Of a DNA stretch of 64,000 nucleotides, positions 9,809 to 19,800 are shown piece by piece (the stretch's first letter is position 1; each line of letters opens with the position of its first letter). The notes below the pieces were generated by a model, which saw nothing but the letters and a program-made list of their open reading frames with translations, was not told where the DNA came from and did no database searches. A program made the position numbers and the translations under genes. Source of the stretch: Candidatus Thermochlorobacter sp. (GTDB lineage: Bacteria > Bacteroidota > Chlorobiia > Chlorobiales > Thermochlorobacteraceae); assembly GCA_046291735.1 (NCBI GenBank), contig JBKBSK010000001.1, positions 321,250-385,249 on the forward strand, given 5' to 3'.

Positions 9809-11155
9809 TTACTCTGCTGCAGCTAAGTTAGCTTCTTGCATTGCGCGTTTTACATCTACACGCAGCAGCATAGCCAAGCCGATAAGGAAGAGCACAATGA
9901 GCGAAAGAATCCCAAAGCGCAAGCCGCCAAAAACTTGATTGGCTAAGCCAAACACCAAAAAACCAATCCAAGATGTGCCGCGCTCTGAAATTTCGTAGAA
10001 TGAAAAAAATTCTGCTTCTCTGCCAGACGGAATCATCTGAGAGAAGAGACTTCGGCTCAGGGCTTGTGAGCCGCCCAAAACGATAGCTACCACAGCAGCC
10101 ATTAGCCAGAACTGCACTTCTGTTTGCAAAAAGCCATAGGCGTAAATTGTTACGCTGCTCCATATTACCAGCGTAATCATGATGCTTCTTTTTGCACCTA
10201 TCCGCCCTGCAAGGCGTCCGAAAGCGATGGCGCCAACGAATGCTAAGAACTGGACCATTAAAATGACTTGAATTAGGGTCGAGGATTCCAATTTAAGTTC
10301 TTCTGCACCGAAGACGGAGGCTAAGGCAATTACAGTTTGAACGCCATCATTGTAGAGAAGATAAGCCAGCAAGAATTTGAGTGTTTCAGGCAATGAGCGA
10401 ATATCACGCAGGGTTTTTCGCAGTTGTTTGAGGCTCACGCTGAGGTATGTTTCACCGTCAGGCAGCATGCGTCGTGCGCGTCGGGAACGCAAGCGTACAA
10501 AGGTAATTTGCGCAAAGACTAACCACCAGATGCCCGCTGAGGCTAAGCAAAGGCGCACTGCTAAATCTGTTGAAATGTTTAGTGCTTCTCGGAACGTAAA
10601 GAGCGTAAGGTTCAGCACGAGCAACACGCCACCGCCTAAGTAGCCTAAACCCCAACCAAATGAAGAGACTCTATCGCGCTCTTCGGGACTTGCAATGTCG
10701 GGCAAATACGCATTATAGAACACGATGCTTGCTCCAAAAGCCAGATTAGCCACAATGTAGAGCCCTGCACCTAACCAGTGCAATCCTGATGTAAGAAAGA
10801 AAAATAGCATTGTAGCCAATGCGCCGAGCGTACAGAAAAATTGCAAGAAAAATTTGCGCAAGTGCGAATAATCAGCAATTGCACCTAAGAGTGGTAAAAA
10901 CAGCACCTGTAAGATGACCGACACTGCCGTACAATACGCAAAGAAAGAATCATATTTAATGGGAATTGCTAAGAAATAAATCAGTCCATCTGCATCTGCT
11001 ACATCTTTGACAAGGTTAGTTAGGTACGGTCCGAGAAATACGGTAACTACAGTAGCGCTGAAGGCACTGTTTGCCCAATCATACATTGCCCAACCAAAGA
11101 TTTCACGCTTGTCATTTTGCAAAGATGCTTGGGCGATGTGTGTAGGCTGACTCAT
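9809..11155 (-). CDS. MFS transporter, UMF1/Atg22-like family
   Basis: About 12 TM helices. The N-terminal block WAMYDWANSAFSATVVTVFLGPYL is characteristic of the UMF1 family. Confidence 0.8.
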   Translation of the reverse strand: MSQPTHIAQASLQNDKREIFGWAMYDWANSAFSATVVTVFLGPYLTNLVKDVADADGLIYFLAIPIKYDSFFAYCTAVSVILQVLFLPLLGAIADYSHLRKFFLQFFCTLGALATMLFFFLTSGLHWLGAGLYIVANLAFGASIVFYNAYLPDIASPEERDRVSSFGWGLGYLGGGVLLVLNLTLFTFREALNISTDLAVRLCLASAGIWWLVFAQITFVRLRSRRARRMLPDGETYLSVSLKQLRKTLRDIRSLPETLKFLLAYLLYNDGVQTVIALASVFGAEELKLESSTLIQVILMVQFLAFVGAIAFGRLAGRIGAKRSIMITLVIWSSVTIYAYGFLQTEVQFWLMAAVVAIVLGGSQALSRSLFSQMIPSGREAEFFSFYEISERGTSWIGFLVFGLANQVFGGLRFGILSLIVLFLIGLAMLLRVDVKRAMQEANLAAAE

Positions 11156-11239
11156 CAGATTTAAGCATGAAGTTTGAAGCGCAAGTTACACATGATTTTG
11201 ATTGCTAAAAAATGCGTAGATTCGCTAGACAGAAGAACT

Positions 11240-11905
11240 ATGTGGCAAAGCGACCAAGATTTTAAGTATCGCCCGAGGCGTGCAGCGATGGTTGAATCGC
11301 TGCGACAAGCAGGGATTACAAACGAGCGCGTGCTCAATGCATTTCGCGCAGTCAAGCGTCATTTGTTTTTGGATTCTGCACTCTGGGATAGCGCCTACGA
11401 TGATACTCCACTGCCGATTGGACAAGGTCAGACTATCTCTCAGCCTTTCACTGTGGCATACATGACGCAACTTATCGCGCTGCATTATCCTGCAGGCAAG
11501 AAAGTCTTGGAAATCGGCACCGGGTCAGGTTATCAAGCCGCAATTCTCTATGAACTTGGTTATCGTGTTTATACGATTGAGCGTATTCCGGAACTCTACG
11601 AGAGAGCCAAATGCATCTTTGAAGCCTTAGGACTTAGGATTATGACACGCTTAGGTGATGGGACTTTAGGCTGGCCCTCAGCAGCTGCGTTTGATGCTAT
11701 TCTCGTAACGGCTGGCTCACCGGATGTACCGCCTTCGCTTTTGGAGCAACTTGCTGATGATGGGCGCTTAATTATTCCTATCGGGAGTGCCACTAAACAA
11801 AAAATGAGTCTCTTTCACCGTCAAGGCAATAGCATTTACGAAACGCATCTGTATGACTTTGCTTTTGTGCCGCTTATCGGCAAAGAAGGTTGGAGTGAGA
11901 CATAA
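11240..11905 (+). CDS. pcm: Protein-L-isoaspartate O-methyltransferase
   Basis: Blocks GQTISQPFTVAYMTQ, VLEIGTGSGYQAAIL and AFDAILVTAG..VPPSLLEQLADDGRLIIPIG. The ATG at 11240 gives a typical length of 221 aa. Confidence 0.92.
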   Translation: MWQSDQDFKYRPRRAAMVESLRQAGITNERVLNAFRAVKRHLFLDSALWDSAYDDTPLPIGQGQTISQPFTVAYMTQLIALHYPAGKKVLEIGTGSGYQAAILYELGYRVYTIERIPELYERAKCIFEALGLRIMTRLGDGTLGWPSAAAFDAILVTAGSPDVPPSLLEQLADDGRLIIPIGSATKQKMSLFHRQGNSIYETHLYDFAFVPLIGKEGWSET

Positions 11906-11950
11906 ACCTCAAGCTGTGCGAAAAAGAAAATTTTGCCTTGCCTGACAGAC

Positions 11951-13171
11951 TTATCCCAGAATAACACGCACAGTATTGATGATGTAGTCCAAGGCTTGTT
12001 CAACGGCATCTGTGCGTTCATGACGCACGATGATAAAGCCTTCACCTTCGTAAGTGCCAGTGGGCGCGGCGTTGAACTGTGGCACTTGCATATCGGTGAT
12101 GAGCATACCATACTCGCGCATCACGTCGTCTAAGCCGATGACAGTTTTTACTACGCCATGCCCCTGACCGCGCAGAAACGCAACGCCGCTGGCGTATCGC
12201 TGTGTCGGCACCGAGAATTGATCATAGACCATCAAACGCACCCACTCTTCATAGAGGTTGCAGTCAAACGCACGAGAGTGTAGTGTCAGAATCTGCGCAC
12301 CGGGTGGGCGAGCTCCAACTTCAGAAATTGCCACACTGCCATTGCTGCGCCTAAACCATTCCAAGTGCGAAATTCCGGTGTCGAGTCCTAAGCAAGCCAG
12401 TGCAGCTGCACCACTTTGGCGAATGTCGTGATACTTTTCGCTTTCGGCATCACGTGGCACCACAATACGCCATTGAATCCACGAGTTTTGCATCACATCT
12501 AACGCATTCGGCAAATAGCGTGAGACCGACTGCCAGATTGCTTTGCCATGGTGCATCACCGTCTCAAGTGAGTGTTCTTCGCCTGTGATGAACTCTTCAG
12601 CAATGGCTTCATTTTGCTCGCTTGGGTTGAGCTGTGCAAGTGCGGCATCGAGTTCAGCGCGGTTTTCTATGCGGAAAGTAGAGGCTGAGCCCGCACCGCG
12701 TAGCGGCTTGAGAATGAGCGGGAAGCCTACTTGCTCTGCAAACGCGTATGCATCGCGGTGTGATTGCAACTGCTGAAATCGTGCGCAAGGAATTTGGTGC
12801 GCATGAAAGCGTCGCTTCATTTCGGCTTTATCGCGGAAATTGCGTGCCACCTGTATGCCTACGCCCGCAATACCAAACTTTTCGCGAATCAATGCCAATG
12901 GCTCTTGAGCTTGCTCATTTGAGGAAAAAATGGTGTCAATCTTGCCAAAGTAAAGACGCATTTTTTCGGCTGCATAGAGTAGCTCATCTGTATCAACAAG
13001 TGAGTGTGTTTTCCAGTGCGCCGCAAGGTGTGCGCGAATGTGAGCTGGCAATTGCTCTTGTGCAAAGGCACTAATCAACCCCAGTGAAATATCTGAGAAC
13101 TTCGTAAATGCATCTAGTGTCGCCAACGCACTGGCATTGCATAGCGGCGCAACAAAGATAACAATCGGCAT
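11951..13171 (-). CDS. ATP-grasp domain protein, substrate unknown
   Basis: ATP-grasp hallmarks are present: a central ARNFRDKAEMKR...GFPLILKPLRGAGSASTFRI segment, EEFITGEEHSLE, and a C-terminal ISHLEWFRRSNGSVAISEVGARPPG. Confidence 0.7.
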   Translation of the reverse strand: MPIVIFVAPLCNASALATLDAFTKFSDISLGLISAFAQEQLPAHIRAHLAAHWKTHSLVDTDELLYAAEKMRLYFGKIDTIFSSNEQAQEPLALIREKFGIAGVGIQVARNFRDKAEMKRRFHAHQIPCARFQQLQSHRDAYAFAEQVGFPLILKPLRGAGSASTFRIENRAELDAALAQLNPSEQNEAIAEEFITGEEHSLETVMHHGKAIWQSVSRYLPNALDVMQNSWIQWRIVVPRDAESEKYHDIRQSGAAALACLGLDTGISHLEWFRRSNGSVAISEVGARPPGAQILTLHSRAFDCNLYEEWVRLMVYDQFSVPTQRYASGVAFLRGQGHGVVKTVIGLDDVMREYGMLITDMQVPQFNAAPTGTYEGEGFIIVRHERTDAVEQALDYIINTVRVILG

Positions 13172-13245
13172 GTCTGTTGATAGAAATCTGTAAAGTCGTA
13201 AAAAAAATACGCTATCGCTGCTTATTTTTTAGCTGAATTTAGCTG

Positions 13246-14295
13246 TTGCCTTTTACAACCTTGCAGCAAATACCACAAAACATACTAGTGCGCGCCCCGA
13301 ACTGGCTTGGCGATCTTGTCATGAGCCTTGGATTTTTCTACAAACTGCGCGATGCATTTCCAGAAGCCACCATTGAAGTGATTGCTAAAGCCGAGATTGC
13401 CGACCTTCTGGAGCTTGTGCCACAAATCTCGCGCATTCACGCGTTTTCAAAGAAAACCTACCGTGGTTTTGCTGGGCTTTATCGCTTTGCCTCACGCTTT
13501 GCTGAAGTTGATGTTTATTTTTCGCTGCCCGATTCTTTTTCATCGGCAGTGATGGGCGTTTTTGCCAAAGCCAAACGCCGCATTGGATTCCGCGGCGACT
13601 GGCGCAACCTGCTGCTCACTGACGCATTGCGCAAACCCAAGCATCTGCATCGCAGCGAAGAATATGCCACGCTGCTTTCAGCCTTTCTTGCAGAGCCTAC
13701 CACTGCACTTTCGGTGCAATTAACGCCGCCACCTGATACCTTGCTTACTGCGTTTGCATCATACCCGAAAATTGTCTTAAATCTCAATTCAGAAAGTCCT
13801 TCGAAAGTTGTGCCACTGCACAAAGGTGTAGAGATTGCAGAAGGCTTACTTCGCTGTGTGCCAGATGCAATGCTCGTGCTAACAGGTTCCCCAAAAGAGC
13901 GCAGATATGCTGAAACTTTTACGGCGATGCTCTCTGAACCAAAGCGCGTGATAAACTTAGCGGGGCAAACAACGGTCAAGATGCTCGCAAGTGTTCTGGC
14001 AGCGGTGCATGTGGTTATTTCAACAGATTCAGGTACGGCACATTTAGCTAATGCCGTCGGCACGCCTACATTGGTGCTCTATGGCGCAGGTGATGAGCGT
14101 AACACATCGCCCTACCATCGTGAAAACTCTTTTGGCTTTCGCGTGCAAGGCTTGGACTGTGCTCCGTGTATTTCGACCACATGCAAGTTTGGCGAACCTA
14201 AATGCTTAGCACAAATGCAATCCGCTGAAATTGTCCAGAAAGCAGTATCGCTCTTGCACACGCTTGGTGTAACTGCTCGTGCTTTTCGCAGCTAA
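13246..14295 (+). CDS. Glycosyltransferase family 9 (LPS heptosyltransferase-like, RfaF/WaaF type)
   Basis: ILVRAPNWLGDLVMSLGFFYKLRDAFPEATIEVI at the N-terminus and ISTDSGTAHLANAVGTPTLVLYG near the C-terminus are GT9 hallmarks. It has a TTG start, with no ATG upstream of the conserved motif. Confidence 0.85.
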   Translation: MPFTTLQQIPQNILVRAPNWLGDLVMSLGFFYKLRDAFPEATIEVIAKAEIADLLELVPQISRIHAFSKKTYRGFAGLYRFASRFAEVDVYFSLPDSFSSAVMGVFAKAKRRIGFRGDWRNLLLTDALRKPKHLHRSEEYATLLSAFLAEPTTALSVQLTPPPDTLLTAFASYPKIVLNLNSESPSKVVPLHKGVEIAEGLLRCVPDAMLVLTGSPKERRYAETFTAMLSEPKRVINLAGQTTVKMLASVLAAVHVVISTDSGTAHLANAVGTPTLVLYGAGDERNTSPYHRENSFGFRVQGLDCAPCISTTCKFGEPKCLAQMQSAEIVQKAVSLLHTLGVTARAFRS

Positions 14296-14501
14296 AAATT
14301 CCATGCTGCTGTACCTCTTGCTTGCTCTGCTGTAGATTGGTCTCTTTGCAACTTTTTTCAGCACCCTTGGAATTCTACACTACACGTTTTATGTTTAGCA
14401 CATAGCAAGGCAAAAGACACGCTGCGACAGCGCAGAGAGCAAGAAATAGAAGTAGTAGTAAGTCGTATAGTAGTACTCAACCTTTCAACATTTGAAGTTG
14501 T

Positions 14502-15509
14502 ATGAGCAGTCTTGCCTTGTCCGCATTGCCGAAAGCTGCAGTTACCCACCTGCAAAAAGCCTTCCCAATCTCCTTTGAATCACATCGCTCTATCAAAGTC
14601 GCACTGCTCTTTTCTGCAGCTACGCACTTTACGGAGTTTATCATCTGTGTTTTCTTTTTCAACTATGCAGCAGCGCCATACTTTGTGCCGCCAATTGCCA
14701 CACCGATTGATGGCAGCGATAGTTTTCTTTACGCACATTCTATCATTCGTCAGTATGGTTTTTTTGTGGTTCAGTTGGCGCTCGTTGCTGCATTTTTGAT
14801 TAGTGAGCCTGCTCGCTATACGCCATTTATCTATGCACTTGCGCTGGCTCGCCTGCTTATGGCAGCGTTAGGACTTTACGCTTACACGCTTGATGCACTT
14901 TCTTTGTGGCAGTTTTTGCCTTCACTCATCTTAAATGTTGGGCTAGCTTTCATGCTGTGGCGTCTTGCACCTGCTTCCTTACCTTTGCTTAGTAGGCACG
15001 AAGCGTTACAGCAATGGCGTACGCAAACGCTGCTTGGCTTATCACTTTCCCCACTTGTGCGCTGGCGCACGCTGCAATTGCTATGCATTATAGCTGGCGG
15101 ACTTTGGATACTCTGGGGACTTGGCTCTACGGTGCTCTGGGAAATCGGTGTTGCTAACATTAGCAGCGATAGCGTTACAGAACAAAATTTGCTGCAAGCC
15201 ATGCAAGCTAATCATGTTGTGCGCAATCAGCAAGGTCTGATGTTGTTCAGTATCGGGCTTATCACAGCGTGGGTGGCGCGTCATCCGCTCTCGTACTGCA
15301 AAATCATGGACTTCATTTTAGCTCAGCAGGTTATCAATGCTTTCAGTGCCGGTGTGGAACTCGGCTTCGGCGCCATTTTGCTGCCGCAATTTCTCACGGT
15401 TTTCTCTGTGCAAGTTTTCACATTTGGCTTGTTTTACATGCTGCGACCGAACTCAACGCATGTGGAAATTGATACGATAGGCAAAGAAGCTATGGAGTGC
15501 AACAGATGA
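14502..15509 (+). CDS. Hypothetical polytopic membrane protein with an internally duplicated ~135-aa four-helix module
   Basis: The two halves (about aa 30-165 and 185-320) share helix spacing and motifs: IIRQYGFFVVQLALVAAF...AFMLWRLAP versus VVRNQQGLMLFSIGLITAW...GLFYMLRP. See findings. Confidence 0.75.
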   Translation: MSSLALSALPKAAVTHLQKAFPISFESHRSIKVALLFSAATHFTEFIICVFFFNYAAAPYFVPPIATPIDGSDSFLYAHSIIRQYGFFVVQLALVAAFLISEPARYTPFIYALALARLLMAALGLYAYTLDALSLWQFLPSLILNVGLAFMLWRLAPASLPLLSRHEALQQWRTQTLLGLSLSPLVRWRTLQLLCIIAGGLWILWGLGSTVLWEIGVANISSDSVTEQNLLQAMQANHVVRNQQGLMLFSIGLITAWVARHPLSYCKIMDFILAQQVINAFSAGVELGFGAILLPQFLTVFSVQVFTFGLFYMLRPNSTHVEIDTIGKEAMECNR

Positions 15510-16105
15510 GACGAAGTGTAGCGTCAGAAGCCGAAGCAAGAGCCCTGCGTCGACAGCGTCGTGCCGTGCAATTTGTATTTGTGGCGTTCAACTTGATACT
15601 GATTGATAGCCGTCTGCCAAGCCTCGTGTGGACGATAGTTGGAGGTATGTTCTGGTTAGCTGTAATTGTCATTACTATCACCAATGGTCCGATTGTTTGC
15701 AGCTGGGTGTGCTGGTTAGGTGCAGCGCAAGATTGGGCAGAACCCTTAGCGAAGCGACGCTGGAAAGCCAATCCCAATTTCTGGCGTCCTTTTGTCTTGA
15801 TTGTTGCCGTACTCTGGGCTCCTGTCTCTTGGCTGATACGTCCTGAGACCATGCACTCCCTGATTGCGCCATTTGGTATTGACTACACGAACCTTAATGC
15901 ACACATTTTGCAAGCCGTGTTTTTTCTCCTCGTTGGCGCATCGGTGATGCTCTTGGGCAAACGCGGTGCATGCATTTGCTTCTGCCCGCTGCTGCTTGTG
16001 GCACGCGTATTACGCCTGAAGAACTGGTTTGAATCTTTCCAACTGCATCGCTGGTTGGGCAGACCGATTGTCGCAAACGAGACACCCGTGCAGCGCAGTG
16101 TTTGA
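15506..16105 (+). CDS. Hypothetical membrane protein with two NapH/YccM-like CxxxC(P) helix motifs and no ferredoxin domain
   Basis: ATG 15506 overlaps the upstream TGA (ATGA). The motifs are GPIVCSWVCWLGAAQDW (Cys codon at 15698) and KRGACICFCPLLLVARVL (Cys codons 15971-15985). They resemble the membrane 'Fer4_5' CxxxCP motif of NapH/MauN-type proteins. Confidence 0.6.
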   Translation: MRRSVASEAEARALRRQRRAVQFVFVAFNLILIDSRLPSLVWTIVGGMFWLAVIVITITNGPIVCSWVCWLGAAQDWAEPLAKRRWKANPNFWRPFVLIVAVLWAPVSWLIRPETMHSLIAPFGIDYTNLNAHILQAVFFLLVGASVMLLGKRGACICFCPLLLVARVLRLKNWFESFQLHRWLGRPIVANETPVQRSV

Positions 16106-16175
16106 GCATTAGAGGAAAGTTTTTCTTGTTCTTTTGTTTTCATCAACATTCTAAACTTATGGAGGATAAAGTAGT

Positions 16176-16616
16176 ATGAATCGAGACACCAAAATCAAAG
16201 TGCTTTCAGGGATGATGTGGTTGCTAGCGGCGTGGGAATTTCTCAACGCGCTAGGCTCAACCATCTTTCTCAATTGGGGCGCTGCGCTCTATGGCTGGCA
16301 AGACTACGCCAACAGCGCACAGTCAGCAATTGTGTTCCATCAATATGGCATGCTGCTGTATGTGCTGGCAGTTGCTTATGCCATCATTGCAACCGACGTC
16401 GTCCAGTATGAAAAGATGCTGTGGATTGTCGTCGTGGAGCAAGTCGTTGGCGCCATCACCTCAACTGTAGAGGTGCTCAATGCGCAGCAAATTATCAGCT
16501 GGTCCAACTTTGCGCTGGTGCATACGCCGCAAGTCATTATTGTTGCTTTGCTGTGGTTCTTGCGTCCCTCTGCACCGTCTAACACGCAAGGTCAGCCGAT
16601 GCCTGCTGCAAACTAA
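16176..16616 (+). CDS. Hypothetical four-helix membrane protein, stand-alone copy of the module duplicated in 14502-15509
   Basis: 146 aa. The segments FHQYGMLLYVLAVAYAII and VALLWFLRP align with both halves of the upstream protein. Confidence 0.7.
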   Translation: MNRDTKIKVLSGMMWLLAAWEFLNALGSTIFLNWGAALYGWQDYANSAQSAIVFHQYGMLLYVLAVAYAIIATDVVQYEKMLWIVVVEQVVGAITSTVEVLNAQQIISWSNFALVHTPQVIIVALLWFLRPSAPSNTQGQPMPAAN

Positions 16617-16644
16617 TGCGCATTGCGTTCATCTCTTGTTCTGC

Positions 16645-16675
16645 AAAGCCCGATGCTTGCATCGGGCTTTTTTAT
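16645..16675 (+). terminator. Rho-independent terminator
   Basis: An 11-bp stem aaagcccgatg (16645-16655) and catcgggcttt (16660-16670) flank the loop cttg, followed by a T tract. It lies 29 nt after the stop at 16616. Confidence 0.85.
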
Positions 16676-16843
16676 TGCACCGTTGTTTTATACTTCACTT
16701 ACACACAAAATCGACCATATCGGCTTTTGGGTCAGCACAAACTTACCCTAAACCCTAATTGACTTTTGATACCTTTACGTTAGGCATGCAGTGCAGCCTG
16801 CACAAGGAATTTTTGTTAAGTAAAGTAGTAAGGAGTGTAGTTT

Positions 16844-19800
16844 ATGTCCGCACTTATTGAATCTTCGAGTAAGCCAATCTTCGACAAACAAGTTACACAA
16901 GCACATTTCAAGACTATGGACGGCAATGAAGCCGTAGCATATGTGGCTTACCGTACGAATGAAGTAATTGCAATTTATCCGATTACCCCTGCTTCTCCGA
17001 TGGGCGAATTTTCAGATGAATGGGCAAGTCATCACATCAAAAATATCTGGGGGAGCGTGCCAACGGTTGTAGAAATGCAATCGGAAGGCGGTGCAGCTGG
17101 TGCCATTCACGGCGCTCTGCAAACTGGTGCACTCTCGACGACCTTCACGGCGTCGCAAGGGCTACTGCTCATGATTCCGAACATGTATAAAATCGCAGGT
17201 GAGCTGACACCATTCGTGCTGCATGTAGCGGCTCGCTCACTTGCAACGCAAGCTCTTTCTATCTTCGGCGATCACTCCGACGTTATGGCTGCACGCGCCA
17301 CAGGGTTTGCAATGCTCTGTTCAGCCTCAGTGCAAGAAGCACATGATTTTGCACTTATTGCTCAAGCTGCCACACTCGAATCGCGTGTGCCTATTCTGCA
17401 TTTCTTTGACGGCTTTCGCACTTCGCATGAGGTTGAAAAAATTCAGGTGCTCAGTGAGCAAGAAATGCGCGCCATGATAGATGATGAACTTGTTGCTGCA
17501 CACCGCGCGCGCAGACTTGCACCAGAACATCCTGCCATTCGCGGCACGGCGCAAAACCCTGATGTCTATTTCCAAGCACGAGAAAGCGCTAATCCGTTTT
17601 ACTTAGCTTGCCCAAGCATCGTGCAGCGCGCTATGGATAAATTTGCGGCACTCACCGGTCGCCAATACAAACTCTTCGAATACTATGGCGCACCCGATGC
17701 CGAACAGGTTATTGTTACAATGGGCTCAAGTGTCGAGACCGTGCAAGAGACGATTGATTATCTCAACGCACGGGGTGAAAAGTATGGCTTGATTGCAGTA
17801 CATCTTTATCGCCCATTTAGCGTGAAAGATTTTATTGCCGCGCTACCTACTACCGTTCAATCTATCGCTGTGCTCGACCGCACCAAAGAAGCTGGCGCCT
17901 CTGGCGAACCACTCTATCTCGATGTCGTTAGCGCCCTCTATGAAGGCTTGAATCAAGCCGAGAACTGGCTACGAGCTATGCCAAGAGTCGTTGGCGGACG
18001 CTACGGTCTTTCTTCTAAGGAATTTACACCTGCTATGGTGAAAGCGGTGTTTGAAAATCTAAAAAGCGCGCATCCTAAAAATCACTTCACGATTGGCATC
18101 AATGACGATGTTACGCACACAAGCCTCAGCTACGACGAAAACTTCTCTATTGAACCTGATTCAGTTGTGCGCGCCGTCTTCTATGGGCTTGGCTCAGATG
18201 GCACCGTGAGTGCAAACAAGAACACCATCAAAATCATTGGCGAAAATACGTCGCACTATGCACAAGGCTATTTCGTCTATGACTCCAAGAAATCAGGCTC
18301 CATGACGGTCTCGCATCTGCGTTTCGGTGAAAAGCCCATTCGTTCGTCCTATCTTATTAGCCGTGCCAACTTTCTTGCCTGCCATCAATGGACGTTCTTG
18401 GAGCGCTACGATATGCTCAAACTGCTGGTTAAAGGCGGTGTGTTCTTGCTGAACGCACCTTATCGCAAAGATGAAGTATGGGACAAATTGCCGCGTAAGG
18501 TGCAAGAAGAATTGATTGAAAAAGAAGCCAAGTTCTATGTGATTGACGCTTACAAAGTCGCACGCGAGAACGGCATGGCTGGACGTATCAACACTGTGAT
18601 GCAAACTTGCTTCTTTGCAATTTCAGGAGTCTTGCCCAAAGAGGAAGCTATTGAGCAAATCAAAGCGGCAGTGCGCACGACTTACCGTAAGAAAGGTGCG
18701 GATGTGGTTGAGAAAAACATCGCTGCAATTGATGATACACTGGCGCATCTGTACGAAATTCCATTACCTGAAAAGGCAACCAGCACGATTGAGATGCGTC
18801 CGCCCGTTACGCCAGATGCACCAAAGTTTGTCGCAGAGGTGCTTGGAAAAATCATTTTAGGCGAGGGCGATTCGTTGCCAGTTAGCCAGTTACCGGCTGA
18901 CGGCACCTATCCGGTCGGTTCAGCGCGCTATGAAAAGCGCAATCTTGCGCAAGAGATTCCAGTGTGGGATTTTGACCTGTGCATTCAATGCGGCAAGTGC
19001 GCCATGATTTGCCCGCATGCAGCTATTCGCATTAAAGCTTACGCGCCAGAAATTTTAGAAAATGCACCGCCAACTTTTAAGTCCACGCAAGGCAAAGACC
19101 GCTCATGGCAAGGGTTGAACTACACGATTCAAGTTGCGCCCGAAGATTGCACAGGGTGCACACTCTGCGCTGAAATTTGCCCTGCTCGTAGCAAGACCGA
19201 CCCGACACACAAAGCGCTCGACATGAAACCGCAGGCACCGCTACGTGAGCAAGAAAAAGTAAATTGGGAGTTTTTCCTCTCGATTCCGGAGTATGATCGG
19301 CGCAGCATCAATGTCACTGCAATCAAGCAGCAACAACTTCAAGAGCCGCTCTTTGAGTTTTCAGGCGCATGTGCTGGCTGCGGCGAAACCCCATACTTAA
19401 AATTGCTCACGCAACTCTTCGGCGATCGTGCCATAGTTGCTAATGCCACAGGCTGCTCATCTATCTTCGGTGGCAATTTGCCGACCACACCTTGGTCGCA
19501 CAACAAAGATGGCTATGGCACTGCTTGGGCAAATTCGCTCTTTGAAGATAATGCTGAATTCGGTCTGGGCTTCCGTATCTCTATCGATAAGCAGCGTGAG
19601 TACGCCGCTGAACTGCTTAAACAACTGTCTTCGCATATCGGCGATGACCTTGTTAGCCAAATTCTGAACGCGACGCAGAAAACCGAAGCGGATATTTACG
19701 ACCAGCGTGAGCGCGTTGCGCATCTTAAAGCGAAACTGCGTGAGCTAAACCTGCCCGAAGCCCGTGCCTTGCTCTCCGTTGCAGATATGCTGGTGAAAAA

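Noticed and set aside
13515-14063. Long antisense ORFs inside well-supported genes (also 37361-37840, 38755-39267, 21169-21582, 45699-46238, 4466-4891 and others)
   Set aside because: Each lies opposite, or out of frame with, a gene carrying strong family motifs (GT9, sucD, FtsX permease, lat, wecB, OMP). They have no motifs of their own and are shadow ORFs.
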